A DNA stretch of 64,000 nt from assembly GCF_006345805.1 (NCBI RefSeq), contig NC_043005.1, positions 4,030,001-4,094,000 of the forward strand. Direction: 5' to 3'. Both the position numbers and the translations under genes were made by a program. The stretch is from Octopus sinensis. Its lineage: Eukaryota. Under the pieces are notes generated by a model, which had not been told where the DNA came from, did no database searches, and worked only from the letters and a program-made list of their open reading frames with translations. Positions 24,481 through 38,644 of the stretch are shown here, piece by piece (position 1 is the stretch's first letter; the number at the start of each line of letters is the position of its first letter).

Positions 24481-25939
24481 ATAAACACTCATTTCTTTCA
24501 ACTTGATATACCCCAAAGACATGTTTTTTTTAAATAATAAGACTGTGCCCCTACACATACCACTAAAGGAACAAAAAATACCCCTAATCTTTTTGCCCAA
24601 CATGCAAATGATTCTGCCAGCTCACTACTTTAAACATATTAAAAATATATGTAAGTATTATATACTGTTGTGGTTGAAAATTGAACCCTGGGCTGGGAAT
24701 TTACATCTTGCCTCTACATTACTGAATATTCTCAGACAAGTAAGTATTTCTTTGTTTTGTGCTCGGCTATAATATTTCTAAGAAAAGCAATATAATTTAT
24801 TAAGTCCTTTCTAGTGTATAATGACTAATACTTATTGTATCTACTTTTAGGGATGGTATCATACAAATATTACTTCAGCAGGGATTCAAATGAGAAAACA
24901 GAGAGGTGTAATTAATACCGAGAACATTTATGTCTATTTGTTGCTTTATTTAAGGTACATTATTATAAAGTAGGAATATATCAGAATGTTTGTTTATTGT
25001 TTAAATATTTAAATATCTGAGAGTTGTTGTTGTTGTTGTTAAAGAAATTGTTAAGCTTTCTGATTATTAATTTTATCTTTAAAAGATGACACATATTAAA
25101 ATATTTACAACTATAGACTAAATTTCAAGCTCATTAATCACTAATCATCATTTGTAGTGATTGAGTATGATCCAAAAGACTGCGTTAGTATTGATAGTTA
25201 GTATACATCAAGCATATTATATGGCTTGTATAGATGTCAAAAAGCAGATGATATTCAATCAACAAAGTTTATTAATCAATGTATGTTGTACTATTCGTCT
25301 TATATTGAATTCGATGAAGATTTCAGAAGATTGCTAATTATACGATTATGAATTAAAGGATGTAGGGAATGGAGAAGGTAAATTCATAGGACATATGTTT
25401 CCAAGTAAATCTGAACATGTTTTATGTAATTCAAAAGCATAACACATATGTATACACAGCTTAGCTTTTCTAAACATATATCTATTACGCTAGTGTATCT
25501 TAAGTAGAAGCTGCATTTTCTTAAGCAACATTCACAGTGTTTGAACCCAGTCCTGTAATATGTACACATATGTACACATCCAATACTTCAATAATGAGAT
25601 ATGACAACAATCAAACCAACTGATATAGTGTATAAATCTCAATAATTTTTTTTATAATTCTCTGCACAGCATATGTGAGACCTGCTATCTATGTTGTCTT
25701 AAGTGTATGCATTACAGACATCTGATATACTTTAACCTCAACTGTATTGTTGGAATATAATGTACTTGTAAAGACTGGATCATTTTTTTAAATATCTTGT
25801 TGAATAAGCCAATTGGGTGCTGACAATTTGGCTCGGCTGGCTGAATATTCAACCTGTTTTGCTGACAGCACTTCTTGTTGTTGGAGGCAAACACATACAT
25901 GCATACACACACAAAAATATACACATACAAATTAAGTGA

Positions 25940-26060
25940 AAGAGAGAGGGGGGGGAGGGAGAGAGAGGGGGGAGAGAGAGAGAGGGGGGAGAGAGAGAGG
26001 GGGGAGAGAGGGGAGAGAGGGGGGAGAGAGAGAGGGGGGGGGGGAGAGAGAGAGAGAGAG
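25940..26060 (+). repeat. G/GA-rich purine tract
   Basis: G5-G10 runs separated by (AG)n. Confidence 0.8.
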
Positions 26061-26384
26061 CTTGAATGAACAAGCAGTGAATCTGCAACACTGTTCTGGT
26101 GGTACCATGATGGCTATGCTGAAATATCTCATATCCTCATTTTTTAATCTTTAAAAGCAAGTTTAATAATCTGCAAAATTATTGCTTTAATCATCTGTTT
26201 GTATTGCATCTGGACATCCGCTGTAGTTGACAGTAATTTTTCTTCAAACTACTGAATCCTCCACTGTTTTATAAAAAGAATTGTAATCCATAAGTCCTGC
26301 TTTGGCTCTCATTTATAGCCATCTTATTGCAATCATGTTATTTTGAAGAGAAAAGAAAAAACATCAATATCACACATGATTATT

Positions 26385-26835
26385 TGTTGTATCTCATGTT
26401 ATCTCATGTTTCATGCCTGTGATAGACTTGAATTTTACACTCTATTACTTATTCTCCCATATCTCAGACTTCACATCTTTGTGATATACATGAATATCAC
26501 AATTTCTGGCTTTATCCTCTCTATGTAATAAATACAAATCTTACACAGTTTATTACTCTTTCATACAATATCCAGCTTCACATGTATGTAATAGAAATGA
26601 ATATCACAAATGATTTCTTACTCCATGCGATAAACATGAAGTCATAAATGATCTCTGTATGTGATAAGCATGAGTATCATGATTTTGTTTTGCTCCATCA
26701 CCTTTCATGAGTATGTAATAAACAAGAATATTACACTCTATTTTTTTTAATTCTTCTGTAGTATCTCAGACTTCCCATCTATGTGATGAAAATGAATATC
26801 ATGCACAATTATTTTCCTTTCATTATTATCTCAGG
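26385..26835. repeat. Degenerate tandem repeat, about 60-70 bp
   Basis: Recurring TATCTCAGACTTC and GTGATA(A)ACATGAATATCACA. Confidence 0.55.
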
Positions 26836-27262
26836 TTTTAAAGTGGTGAGCCGACAGAACATTGAAACAAAATTCTTTATGATATTTGTTCCAACTCTTT
26901 ACATTCTGAGTTCAAATCCCACTGAGGTCTACTTTGTCATCCTTCTTGGGTCAATAAAATAAAGTACCAGTCAAATACTGGAGTCTACGCAACTAATTAT
27001 CCACCCTCCCCTAAAACTGCTGGCTTTGTGCTGAAACTGGAATAATTATCTCGGGCTTCTTGTCAATGTGCTAAACACCAACAGCTTACAAAACTCTCCG
27101 CTCATTCACATTATGTAAAGTTTCTTGTACACGAGCTAGATATAGATATCACATACAGTATCCTGCTTTTATCTCAGGTTCCATGGCTATGTGTTAAATA
27201 TGGACACTGTATGGAATATCTTTCTAATATATCAGGTTCCATAAGTTGTTATAAAACAATCC

Positions 27263-27491
27263 TTAACCCTTTCGTTACTGTATTTCTGTTGAGATGCTCT
27301 GTCTTTCTTTCAATTACTTTAAATATAACAAAGAATTTAGTAAAATAACTTAGTTATCATTCAGCTAGTGTTAGGAACATAAATTGTGACTAAGGAATGG
27401 TGTAAGATTTTAATTAAAAACTTATGAAAACAAGACATTTGTACTACAGAGCCAGAGCTGGTTTCAGTCGGGTTGGTAACGAAAGGGTTAA
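27263..27491. mobile_element. piggyBac-like MITE, family 1
   Basis: TTAA-CCCTTTCGTTAC...GTAACGAAAGGG-TTAA with perfect TIRs. Confidence 0.9.
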
Positions 27492-27572
27492 TATATCTGC
27501 TCCATAAACAGTTGGGAGTATTAATAAAATATGATTAGTACATTTAGTACCAGTTACAAATAACCACACATA

Positions 27573-27838
27573 TCTGGCACCTGTGTCAGTGGCACATAAA
27601 AAACACCATCCGAGCGTGGCCGTTTGCCAGCCTCGTCTGGCACCTGTGTCGGTGGCACATAAAATCACCCACTACACTCTCGGAGTGGTTGGCGTTAGGA
27701 AGGGCATCCAGCTGTAGAAACACTGCCAGATCTGACTGGACTGGTGCAGCTTTCGGGCTCCCCAGACCCCAGTTGAACCGTCCAACCCATGCTAGCATGG
27801 AAAGCGGACGTTAAATGATGATGATGATGATGATGATA
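27573..27838 (+). mobile_element. Young RTE 3' terminal fragment
   Basis: Nearly identical to about 61560-61830. Confidence 0.9.
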
Positions 27839-29394
27839 TGCACATTCACATAACATACTCATGTATATAAATACATGTATATATCTACAAGCAGCATTTC
27901 CATCCATCCAGATATATATATATTTGCATTCACATACACTTGCAGAAACACATCAGTTTATCTGCATATAAATAAACATAAACACACACATAAATGAATA
28001 AATATTATATATATATATATATATACATACATCCTGTAGTTAATGTGTCAGCAGGGGTTGAATCCATTAGTTTTACCAAACCTTTCAAATTTTGCTCCAC
28101 AGACGGTTTTCTCCCCACCCTCACACACACACCCATATATACACATATGAACATACATCGTTAATATACATATATACATACGTATATATATACACACACA
28201 CACATATATATATATACACACACCTACAAATATGCATATATATATATATATATATACATAGTTAATCCAAACATGAACAAAGAGAAAATACATGTGTATA
28301 CACACAAACACATGTATGTATACATACACATATATATATGCATATATTCAATTCACATGTAAGATATATTCCAAGAAAAGCACATATAATTATATAGTTT
28401 AGCACATGTATGTATATATCCGTGTATGTATGTATGTTTGTATTTCCATATGTGTGTATATATATAGGCATGCATGTATCTATGACTAAGCAGAGCAGTT
28501 ACTCAGATTAGGTGTCGTCCATTATTCTGATAAGATCATCCTTAAGAATATTTAAGATATCTCTCCATTCCTACATACCCATACACACACACATGTGTGT
28601 GTATGCATCGATGTATGTTTGCATTTATGTGTATACATACATACGTACGTATGTTCATATATTTATGTATGCAAACATGTATATATATGTGTGTGTCTGT
28701 ATGTATATGCACATGTGTGTGTATATGTCTGTATATTTATGTATGCATGCATGTATATATGTATGTGTGTGTATGCATGCTTATGTATGCATATATATAT
28801 ATATATATATATACATATGCATGTATGTGTGTGTATATGTGTGTGTATACACACATACATACAGATCTTATCAAATTATATGATACTTTTGGGAAATTAT
28901 TCTTTGTCGTTTATTACATAATGAGAAGAGATAAGCAGCACACAAGCTGAGATTGAGAGGCAAAAGGGGCCACCTGGACAAGCTACAGTACTATCAGCTA
29001 TGTGTTCTAATCCACCTTGAGCAATTTTGCTGTTTTCACTGCACATTCAAACGGTGCTTCTACATTCTCTCAGTTCGTTTATTGGAACCAAGTGGAGTAG
29101 ATGTAGTCAAAGTAGAAATTGTGGAAAATATCATTTGTAATAGACTAACATCCCATCCAAGTGGACATTCATCTCTCATCTGCTTAGAATTGAGCATTGG
29201 CCTGACAGTGTTAATGATTTCTGAAAGGACTTAAATTGTAACCATTTTGTTATTGTTACAGTAGTAGTAGTAGTAGTAGTAGTTTTAGCTCCAGGTAGGA
29301 CTTGCTGAGAATACCTATGATCAAATGTGTTCCAACAATGGCCATCCCATCTTTCTTTTTGAAGTATTAGATATGTAATTCTATCACATATAAC

Positions 29395-29760
29395 CTTACT
29401 CTTTTACTTGTTTCAGTCATTTGACTGCAGCCATGCTGGAGCACCACCTTTAGTCGAACAAATCAACCCCAGGACATATTCTTTGTAAGCCTGGTACTTA
29501 TTATAAGTTACGGGGACGTAAACACACCAGCATCGGTTGTCAAGTGATGTTGGGGGGACAAACATACACACACACACACATATATATACATATATACGAC
29601 GGGCTTCCTTCAGTTTCTGTCTATCTAATCATTTCACAAAGCTTTGGTCGGCCCGAGGCTATAGTAGAAGACACTTACTCAAGGAGCCACGCAGTGGGAC
29701 TGAACCCGGAACCATGTGGTTCGTAAGCAAGCTACTTACCACACAGCCACTCCTGCGCCT
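29395..29760 (-). mobile_element. SINE family B, near full length
   Basis: Ends with CTTACCACACAGCCACTCCTGCGCC, the reverse complement of the tRNA-like head. Confidence 0.9.
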
Positions 29761-29773
29761 AAAAAATGAAGGG

Positions 29774-29986
29774 AACCTTTTGATATCAACCCGGCTGAAA
29801 CTGGCTCTGGCTCTCTAGTACAAATGTCTTGTTTTCATAAGTTTTGAATTAAAATCTTCCATCAAACCTTTATGTTCCTGACATTAGCTTAATGATAAGT
29901 TATTTTACTAATTTCTTTGTTATATTTAAAATCAATTGAAAGAAACAGAAAGCATCTCAAAATAAATATGGTAACGAAAGGGTTAA
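29774..29986. mobile_element. piggyBac-like MITE, family 1
   Basis: Homologous to 16973-17202; right end GTAACGAAAGGGTTAA. Confidence 0.8.
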
Positions 29987-30249
29987 AGACAGTACAGTGT
30001 GATTTGAGGGGGATCTTTTCTAGCTGGTGAAGAAACCGCATGAGGGCTCCTTCATTAGCACTAACCCTTTTATTTTATTCTAGTAACAACACTGGACCAC
30101 TAGAAAGCAGTGGGATCCATACAAAGAGAAGACATACCTCAGTTTTGATTCCAAGGTTATTTCACTTCATTTGTCTTGTATTTGAAGAAGACATTAGTGC
30201 CACATATTCTCAATTACTCAAGGTATTAACCTCAGATCTAATACCATAT

Positions 30250-30472
30250 CCAACCCTTTAGCATTCAGATTATTTTGTCAAATGTAATATTTATTCACAT
30301 TGTTTTGAATTAATCATGCAATATCACTTAGCTTCCAGATTTCAATGATGTGATTGTTTATTTTTAGATGACATTGTAGGGTAGTTGTGAGAGGCCAGAT
30401 GTGGTCAGTTTGAACATAAGAGTGGCAGAATATTTGGGCTGGATATGGCTGGTATAAATGCTAAAGAGTTAA
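30250..30472. mobile_element. piggyBac-like MITE, family 2
   Basis: AACCCTTTAGCATT...AATGCTAAAGAGTTAA. Confidence 0.75.
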
Positions 30473-31607
30473 AGTGTTTCTTCTGACATTCTGCAATTTT
30501 CACTGCTACAATTCTATCCCTCAATAAACACCAATTTAATGAATGTGTGTGTGTGTGTGTACAAGCATGTGCTAATCATCATCATCATCATCATGTTTGT
30601 TATTGTGGTAAACAAGCACAATAAATTAAATCCAGACCATTTACATTCAGGAGCACAATTACTGGCATTCCTTGTCAAAAATGGATTTTTATTGAATTTA
30701 TTGCTTAAATTAGCATCTACAGAAATAATTTTGGTCAATGTAGGCACAATTGTTTAAGGAACACCAGACAAAAGTTAAATTTCCAGTCAGAGGCTATAGA
30801 AGACACTTGCCCAAGTTTTTACACATTGGAACTGTGTATGAGTTTTTAATAATTTTCTTATTCTGTGTATTCAATACAAAATGTAGATATCACTCAATCG
30901 AGATGTGCAACATTCTGTATTTTGTCATATCCTGACTAGTCATGAAATGCTTTAGATGGATTTACAAGAATTCTTAATACACAAAATGTGGTGATTAGCA
31001 GAATTTACTGCAGTAAACAACAAAATATCTTGTAGAATTTCATCTTACCCTATTATATTCTAGATTCCAGTTAGATTTGAACCTTGTACATCATCCTTCA
31101 AGGAATCAATAAAATACTTACCAATCAAATATTCAAATTGGTTTAATGAAATCAACCCTCCAGCAAAATATGTGGCCATTTGCTTATATTAAAAAAATTA
31201 ATAATTTTTTGAATGAAAAATTGGTGAGTATGAAACTAAAAATGCTTAATCTTTATGTCATGACAAGCAGAAATGTTGGTTAAACTGTTATAAATATTTC
31301 AATGCAATTTCTGATGAACGCTGCTTAATTTTGGTGTCAGAATATTTATTTTAGATGTTAGATAAGTACTTTTGGCTTAAGCATAGTCCTTCATCATTTC
31401 CTCTGAGACGATAAAATCTGTCAATGTCACCACTTCTGTGAAAGTTTACACTTGAAGTTAAACAGCACAGATTTTGAAATGAATGAAACGGATTTCCTCC
31501 ATAGTCCAATCAAGAATCCTAAATATGTAGGATGTCTATATGTAGGCATGTATTAGGTATATGTATGCATGTATGTATGTTTGTCTATGTGTATGCATGT
31601 ATATATA

Positions 31608-31656
<49 letters not shown>

Positions 31657-31772
31657 AATGTCTATGTGTGTGTGCGTGCATGCATGCATGTGTGTATTAT
31701 GTCTTTGTATGGGTGGATGTATTACTATATGTATTTGCATAGTGTATGTTTGCATGTGTGTGTGTATACATG

Positions 31773-31805
<33 letters not shown>

Positions 31806-32729
31806 CTTTGTATGTCTGTATGCGTATGTAAGTGTATGATTGTGCACATTATATGTATGTTTGAATGGATATATGTGTGTATGTATATATACATATATAT
31901 ATATATAGTATGAGTCTGTGTCTGTCTGTATGTTGGTGTATATTTATATCAATTTGTGCATGTGTAATACTAAAAGTATTAACCAAAGTAATTTTCTTTA
32001 CATCATTGTGATTGGTTTGTCTTTTATTTTTATCTGTGGGGAAATAATCATGCTGAATGTATTTCATAGCAATAATAATAATGATGATGATGATGATGAT
32101 TGAAGCTAAGGCCACCAGTTTTGAGAATAGGTGGTCAGTTCATACCATTAACCTCTGTACTTCACTGCTACTTTATTTTACCAACCACAAATTATGAAAG
32201 GCAAAGTTGTCCTTGGCAAGAATTGAGCTCAGGATTGCCATATTGATTCTGTCAGTTCACAGCTTTAATAGTAACAACAACAACAACAACAACAACAAGG
32301 GTGATCCAATTGCTAATATATGTTTTTGCTTTAATCTCATCAGTACACTTTGCCTTTCCTATTATTTGTAAAATTTGAACTATTTACAGATTTATCAAAT
32401 AGAATTTGATGATGTTTCCTTTTCCAGAATTGACAACATTCAACAACATAATTTATTCCATGTATGAAGTATGTGTGTGAGGATTGCTTCAAAGAGAAAA
32501 ACCATGTGTGTTTTGTACCAAGGTGGTGGGGATCTCTAAGTGATGGCTAGACCTGCTAAGAATAGCAGCTTCACTGCCCTTAAAATATTACCCTACTGTC
32601 TTACATCTAAATTAATCAGTCTCAATCATTCTTTTTTTTTTTTCGCCTATAGACCTCCTTTGATTCCAATTTGACTCTATTGGTCCCCCGTAGCTGATTG
32701 ATGTTTAAGAAAATCCTATTATAAAGATG

Positions 32730-33112
32730 ACCTCTGGATGCTGAACCTTTCAGATGAGATGACAAAGGACCAAGATAACTGGTGCTTTGCTGTACTCGAG
32801 ATGACCCATCCGTCGCAGCAGAAGTATTAAGGCTGCATCCCCTGGGGAAGAGGATTGGCCTACATGAGTCATGTGTCAGTGCCACATAAAAAGCACACAT
32901 GTTGGTGACACATAAAAGTGCTTGTGCTGGTGCCACATTAAAAGCACCCAGCACACACTGTAGAGTGGCTGGCATTAGGAATGGCATCCAACCATAGAAA
33001 CCAAACTAAATCACAGTAGAACCTGGTGCAGCTTGCCAGAACTGGTCAAACCGTCCAACATATGCCAGGGTGGAAAACAGACATTAAAGGATGATGATGA
33101 TGATGATGATGA
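32730..33112 (+). mobile_element. RTE 3' fragment
   Basis: Repeated GTGCCACATAAAAAGCAC, then GGCTGGCATTAGGAATGGCATCC and (GAT)n. Confidence 0.75.
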
Positions 33113-33459
33113 CAATTATATTAGGAATTGTAGAAAAAAAAAATTGTTAAAATGTTTTGTGTATTGTAGAAGTATAACCAGTTTATTGCAAATAAATTTT
33201 AACAACAAAATCTTATGTGAACCCCAAAGGGTCATATGAACCCCAGTTGAGAACCACTGCTCTGAATCAATAGTTCCCACCCTTTTACTAATTTAACTTA
33301 ATTTGGTAAATCAATAATTCTCTGGGATCTTTTTATAAATATTTAAGTGAACAAAAATAATATCATCAGCTCACAGCTTGCTACCATGGTGATTTAACAA
33401 AGGCAAAGAATCAGCTGAAAACTGAAGACAAAACATTTAAATGGAAAAAAAATATGTAT

Positions 33460-33625
33460 AGGCACAGGCATGGCTGTGTGGCAAAAAGTTTGCTTCCCAA
33501 CCACATGGTTCCAGGTTCAGTCTCATTGCTTGGCATCTTCGGCAAGTGTCTTCCACTATAGACTAGGGCTGATTAAAGCCTTGTCAGTGGATTTGGTAGA
33601 TGGAAACTGAAAGAAGCCCATTGTA

Positions 33626-33662
<37 letters not shown>

Positions 33663-33876
33663 GCGCCTTTGTGCCTGTGTCCCCGACCACTGCTTAACAA
33701 CCAGTGTTGGTTTGTTTCATCCCTGTAACTTAATGGTTCAACAAAAGAGATGGATAGAATAAGTACCAGGCTTTAATAAAAAGTACTGGGATTGATTCGT
33801 TCAACTAAAAACTTTTCAAGGTGGTGCCCCAGCATGGCCGCAGTCTAATGACTGAAACAAATAAAAGATAAAAAGA
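33460..33876 (+). mobile_element. SINE family B, full length
   Basis: GGCACAGGCATGGCTGTGTGG head through ACTGAAACAAATAAAAGATAAAAGA tail. Confidence 0.9.
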
Positions 33877-34016
33877 TGTCCATTGAGAACATTACATGTT
33901 GGATGTAGTGAAAGATATTTTCAGGACATTAAAGAACATAACCATTTAGAAAAAGTGAAATGTAGGCAAACAACAACCAGTGAGTGTGCTTATAGGATTT
34001 ATCACTAATCACTTTT

Positions 34017-34326
34017 CATCATCATCATCATCATCATTTAATGTCCGTTTTCCATGCTGGCATGGTTGGATGGTTCGACTGGGGTCTGGGAAGCCAGGAG
34101 GCTGCACCAAGCTCCAGTCTGATCAGGCAGTGTTTCTACAGCTGGATGCCCTTCCTAACGCCAACCACTCTGTGAGTGTAGTGGGTGCTTTTTACATGCC
34201 ACCAGCCAGGTGCCAGGCGAGGCTGGCAATGACCACGATCAGTTGGTGCTTTTTACGTGCCACTGGCATGGAAGCCAGTCAAAGTGGTGCTGGCATCAGC
34301 CACGTTCAGATGGTGCTTTTTACGTG
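34017..34326 (-). mobile_element. RTE 3' UTR fragment
   Basis: Homologous to 46990-47290. Confidence 0.9.
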
Positions 34327-34629
34327 AGCAATATTAGTTTCAACATGCAGTTTCAGGTCGATGTTCTTGCAAAATAAATTTGAAAAGCAAATTTCAAAAA
34401 AATTTAGTTAAATTAACTTTGGATAATTTTCTTGAACAAATATACCTTGGATTTTGTTTGCAAAATCTCTCGTAGGCCTTCTGCCTATAGTCTATCTTAT
34501 ACAAAGTTAAAATTATTCATGCCCACTTTTTGGTACAATGCTAATTAACAAATCATTATCTATGCAAATTAGAACAACTAATTACTCTCTATGTGTATGC
34601 ATACACGCAAACATAATACACACACATAT

Positions 34630-34930
34630 TACTAGCACTCTAATCAGTCAATACAAGGATCAATACAACAGCCTGCTTGTGGAATTAATTTGTAAGTGAC
34701 TGAGCACTCCACAGATGCACATACTCTTAACGTCGTTCTCAACGAGGTTCAGCATAATACGGAATGGGACAAGGTTAGCCCTTTGAATTACAAGTACAAC
34801 TCATTTTTGCCAGTTGAGTGGACTGGAGCAACGTGGAATAAAGTGTTTTGCTGAAGGACACAACATGCTGTTGGGAATCAAACACAATTGTGAGCCAAAT
34901 ACCTAAACCTCTAAGTCATGTGCCTTCACA
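34630..34930 (-). mobile_element. SINE family D
   Basis: GAGTGGACTGGAGCAAC...GGGAATCAAAC...ATGTGCCTTCA. Confidence 0.65.
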
Positions 34931-34993
34931 TACATATAAATATATATGTCTACATATGTATACATATATGTATACATATGTATATATGTATAC

Positions 34994-35385
34994 ATCATCA
35001 TCATCATCGTTTAACGTCCGTTTTCCATGCTAGCATGGGTTGGACAGTTCGACCAGGGTCTGGGAAGCCAGGAGGCTGCACCAGGCCCAGTTTGATCTGG
35101 CAGTGTTTCTACAGCTAGATGCCCTTCCTAACGCCAACCACTCTGTGAGTGTAGTGGGTGCTTTTTACATGCCACCGGCACAGAAACCAGAGGAGGCTGG
35201 CAAATGGCTACAATCCGTTGGTGCTTTTACGTGTCACTGACATGGATGCCAGTCGGGCAGCGCTGGCATCTGCCCCGTTCGGACGGTGTCACTGGCACGG
35301 GTATCTTAACTGCAAATTCCATTTGATTTTCATTTTGATAATGGTGTTAACGTACTTGACTCAATAGGTCTCCTCAAGAACAGCG
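34994..35385 (-). mobile_element. RTE 3' UTR fragment (a second short copy lies at 35442-35552)
   Basis: (CAT)n-CGTTTAACGTCCGTTTTCCATGCTAGC terminus. Confidence 0.9.
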
Positions 35386-36861
35386 GGTGGTCTCCATAAA
35401 TACACACACACACACACATATATATGTATGTATACATATATCATCATCATTATTATTTAACGTCTGCTCTCCATGCTAGCATAAGTTGGACAATTTGAGT
35501 GAGGACTGGCGAACTAGATGGCTGCACTAGGCTCCAATCTGATCTGGCAGATCAGATCGATCCAGTATCAAACAATGGTTCTGGATTATTTATTTATTTT
35601 TTTTACTTAATTTTTGAGAGCAGTCAGATTCATTTTTAGTATTTTCATTTGTGAGAGCATTTGAGTTAATTTCAGACATTCTCATTTTAAAAATCATCTC
35701 TGGCTAATCATTGGGAGGACATTGGTGTTGCCTTGGCAGAGGTTTGTGCTCTCTGAGTGTTCCTATTATTATTATTATTATTATTATTGGTCAAGCAGAC
35801 CTATAATGAGAAGATGTCTTGACCCTGGCATAACCATTGTACTATTTGATCAGAAACTGTTTATGAGGAACCACATTAGTCAGTATTCTGCTTCTTTGTT
35901 AAAATGGCAAGATGTAATCTGAGGGTGATTTAGCTTCTATTTCTGACAAGTGTATTGTCCATGTTGAGGCTTCCTTACTGGCTCATAAAAATAGATGGAG
36001 AATAGCTGGCTAGGTGGAAAGACAGAAGGATGCATGCATCCATGCATGGACGGACAGGTGGATGGATACATGGGTGGAAGGAGGGAGAGATGGATAGTTA
36101 GATAGATAATTATATGTAAATTATACAGCATCCAACCAAAGAAGTTTGTGATAGTCCCAAAGGATATAGAATGATGGAGAGATCTCCATCACCTGGCTGC
36201 AAATTCTTTGAGTGAGACAAAATAAGTTAAAGCGCATCGAGCAAATCTGGTTTTCCACAGTTATATGAAAACTAGCATAAATTAGATGGCAAGATAAAAA
36301 TAAAGGAATCGGCCTGGACAATGTCTTGGTTTGAGAAAGTTCAGAACAACAATTACAGCGTCTGAGTAGTCAGGGGAGGTAATTTGCACCTAATGATTAG
36401 ATTACTTCCAAAATACCTTCTATTCATGGAATAGAAATCCACAATGATGACAACAGCAGGGGAGTAGTGAAGGGGGTGGGGGTGATAATTATATTTATTA
36501 ACACTCCATGATTAGATTATTTTCAAAATGCCTTTTATTCAGGGAATGTTGATAACATCTGTCAACACAATTAACATTAACATTTTCCCCCCTTCTTTCC
36601 ACAACCTGCTCCCATTTTTTTGGTATGTGTTTGAGAGTGAGCAATGAGTGGGGGCTGAATTAAACCCTATATCTCACCCTTTATATTTCATTTACTTCTC
36701 CAAACTAGTTTATTCTTTCTTCATTTATTAGGTTTCAGTCTCCTCATTATACTCCCAATAATCACTTTAGTCTTGTACTGATTATATCAGTCACTGTTTG
36801 TAGAATCACTATGTTACCGAACATAAAGGATTGCACACACACACACACACAAACTATATAT

Positions 36862-37250
36862 ATGGCTGTGTTGTAAGAAGCTTGCTTTCCAACCACATGG
36901 TTCAGGGTTCAATCCCAGTGTATAGCACATTGGGCAAGTGTCTTCTATTATAGCCTTGTCAGTAGATTTGGTAGATGGAAACTGAAAGAAATGCATTGTG
37001 TATATGTATATATATATCTATGTATGTGTGTCTTTGTGTTTGTGTTTTTCTTTGTCTCTCCACCCCACTTGACAACCAGTACTGGTGTGTTTATGTCCCT
37101 GTAACTTAGCAATTCATCAAAAGAGACTAACAGAATAAGTACCAAGCTTTTAAAAAATAAGTACTCGGGTCAATACATTCAACTAAAAATTCTTCAAGGT
37201 AGTGCCCCAGCATAGCTGCAGTCTAATGACTGAAACAAGTAAAAGATAAA

Positions 37251-37253
<3 letters not shown>
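36862..37253 (+). mobile_element. SINE family B
   Basis: Same head, core and tail as 33460-33876. Confidence 0.85.
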
Positions 37254-37294
<41 letters not shown>

Positions 37295-37366
37295 GAGTAA
37301 GCACATAAATGCAAGACAAGGTGGGGAAAATAGTACTTGAATACTAAAAGGAGAGTAATATTCTTT

Positions 37367-37550
37367 TTTTATTAAAGCTGCAGAAACATCACGAAAACTG
37401 TTATTCAGAATTTCACATTCCCATTCGTCGAACAGTTGCGATCAAGACAGAAACAAAATTTTATTCCAGTCTTGATCACAGCTGTCCAACAAATGGGAAC
37501 TTAAAATTCTGGGTAACAATTTTTTGTGATTTTTTGCAGGTTTAATAAAA
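37367..37550. repeat. Inverted repeat with a degenerate hammerhead-like motif in each arm
   Basis: TTTTATTAAAGCTGCAGAAACATCAC...GATCAAGAC / GTCTTGATC...GTGATTTTTTGCAGGTTTAATAAAA. Confidence 0.75.
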
Positions 37551-38250
37551 ACAAAATCAAATTGTTGGATCAGGTGTTGAAAGTTATAGAGAGCGCCATA
37601 GTCCAAATAATTAGGGAGAGAGTTAGTCTGGATGAGATGCAGTTTGGTTTTGTGCTAGGGAGAAGCACAATTGATGCTATATTTCTGGTAAGGCAGCTGC
37701 AGGAGAAATAACTAACCAAAGATAAACCTATAAACCTTTGTACTTGGCTTTTGTTGACTTTGAGAAAGCCTTTGACAGGATCCCCCAATCCTTTATTTGG
37801 TGGTCAATGCAGAAACTAGGGATAGATGAGGGGTTGGTGAGAGCTGTACAAGCCATGTACAGGGATGATACCAGTAAGGTGAGGGTTGGTAATGAGTACA
37901 GTGAAGAATTCAGGGTACAAGTAGGGGTTCATTAAAGATCGGTCCTCATCCTCTTCTTGTTTATCATAGTCCTCCAGGCAATAACAAAGGAATTTAAGAC
38001 AGGTTGCCCCTGGGAGGTCCTCTATACTGATGACCTTGTTCTTATAGTTGAATCACTACCAGAACTAGAGAAGAAATTCCAGGTATGGAAACAAGGTCTA
38101 GAATCAAAGAGCCTTAGAGTTAACCTAGCAAAAACCAAAGTCTTAATAAGTAGGAAGGTAGACAAACCACAAATCCTTTCGAGTATTGGGCCTCATGGAG
38201 GCAATGACCTAGACCTTTGGCATTATGTCATGCTTGAGAAGAAGACCCAT
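37551..38250 (+). pseudogene. RTE LINE reverse transcriptase fragment with internal deletion
   Basis: ORFs IKLLDQVLK..EMQFGFVLGRST, AFVDFEKAFDR and LYTDDLVL, homologous to 49101..50801, with stops. Confidence 0.9.
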
Positions 38251-38475
38251 GAAGCCTCTCCTCTCCACACCACTAATGTCATCCAAGGGAATGGCAAAGG
38301 CTGATACAGCTTGGTACCAGTGATGTTGCAACGCATTTCTACAGCTGAGTGAACTGGAGCAAAGTGAATTAAAGTGTCTTGCTCAAGAACACAACACTCA
38401 GCCCAGTCCGGGAATCAAACTCACAACCTCACGGTCGTAAGCTCAATGCTCTAACCACTGAGCTATGCGCCTTCA
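38250..38475 (-). mobile_element. SINE family D
   Basis: GGGAATCAAACTC...TAACCACTGAGCTATGCGCC is the reverse complement of a tRNA-like head. Confidence 0.75.
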
Positions 38476-38644
38476 TATGTATGTATGTATGTATGTATAT
38501 ATTTATGTGTGTGTGTGTGTGTATACATACATACATACATACATATATACATACATATATATTATAGTATTATGTATGCATGTAAACAAATGTTTGAATT
38601 TATATTTACAGACATATTGTATATATGTCCTGTACATTAGCTGA

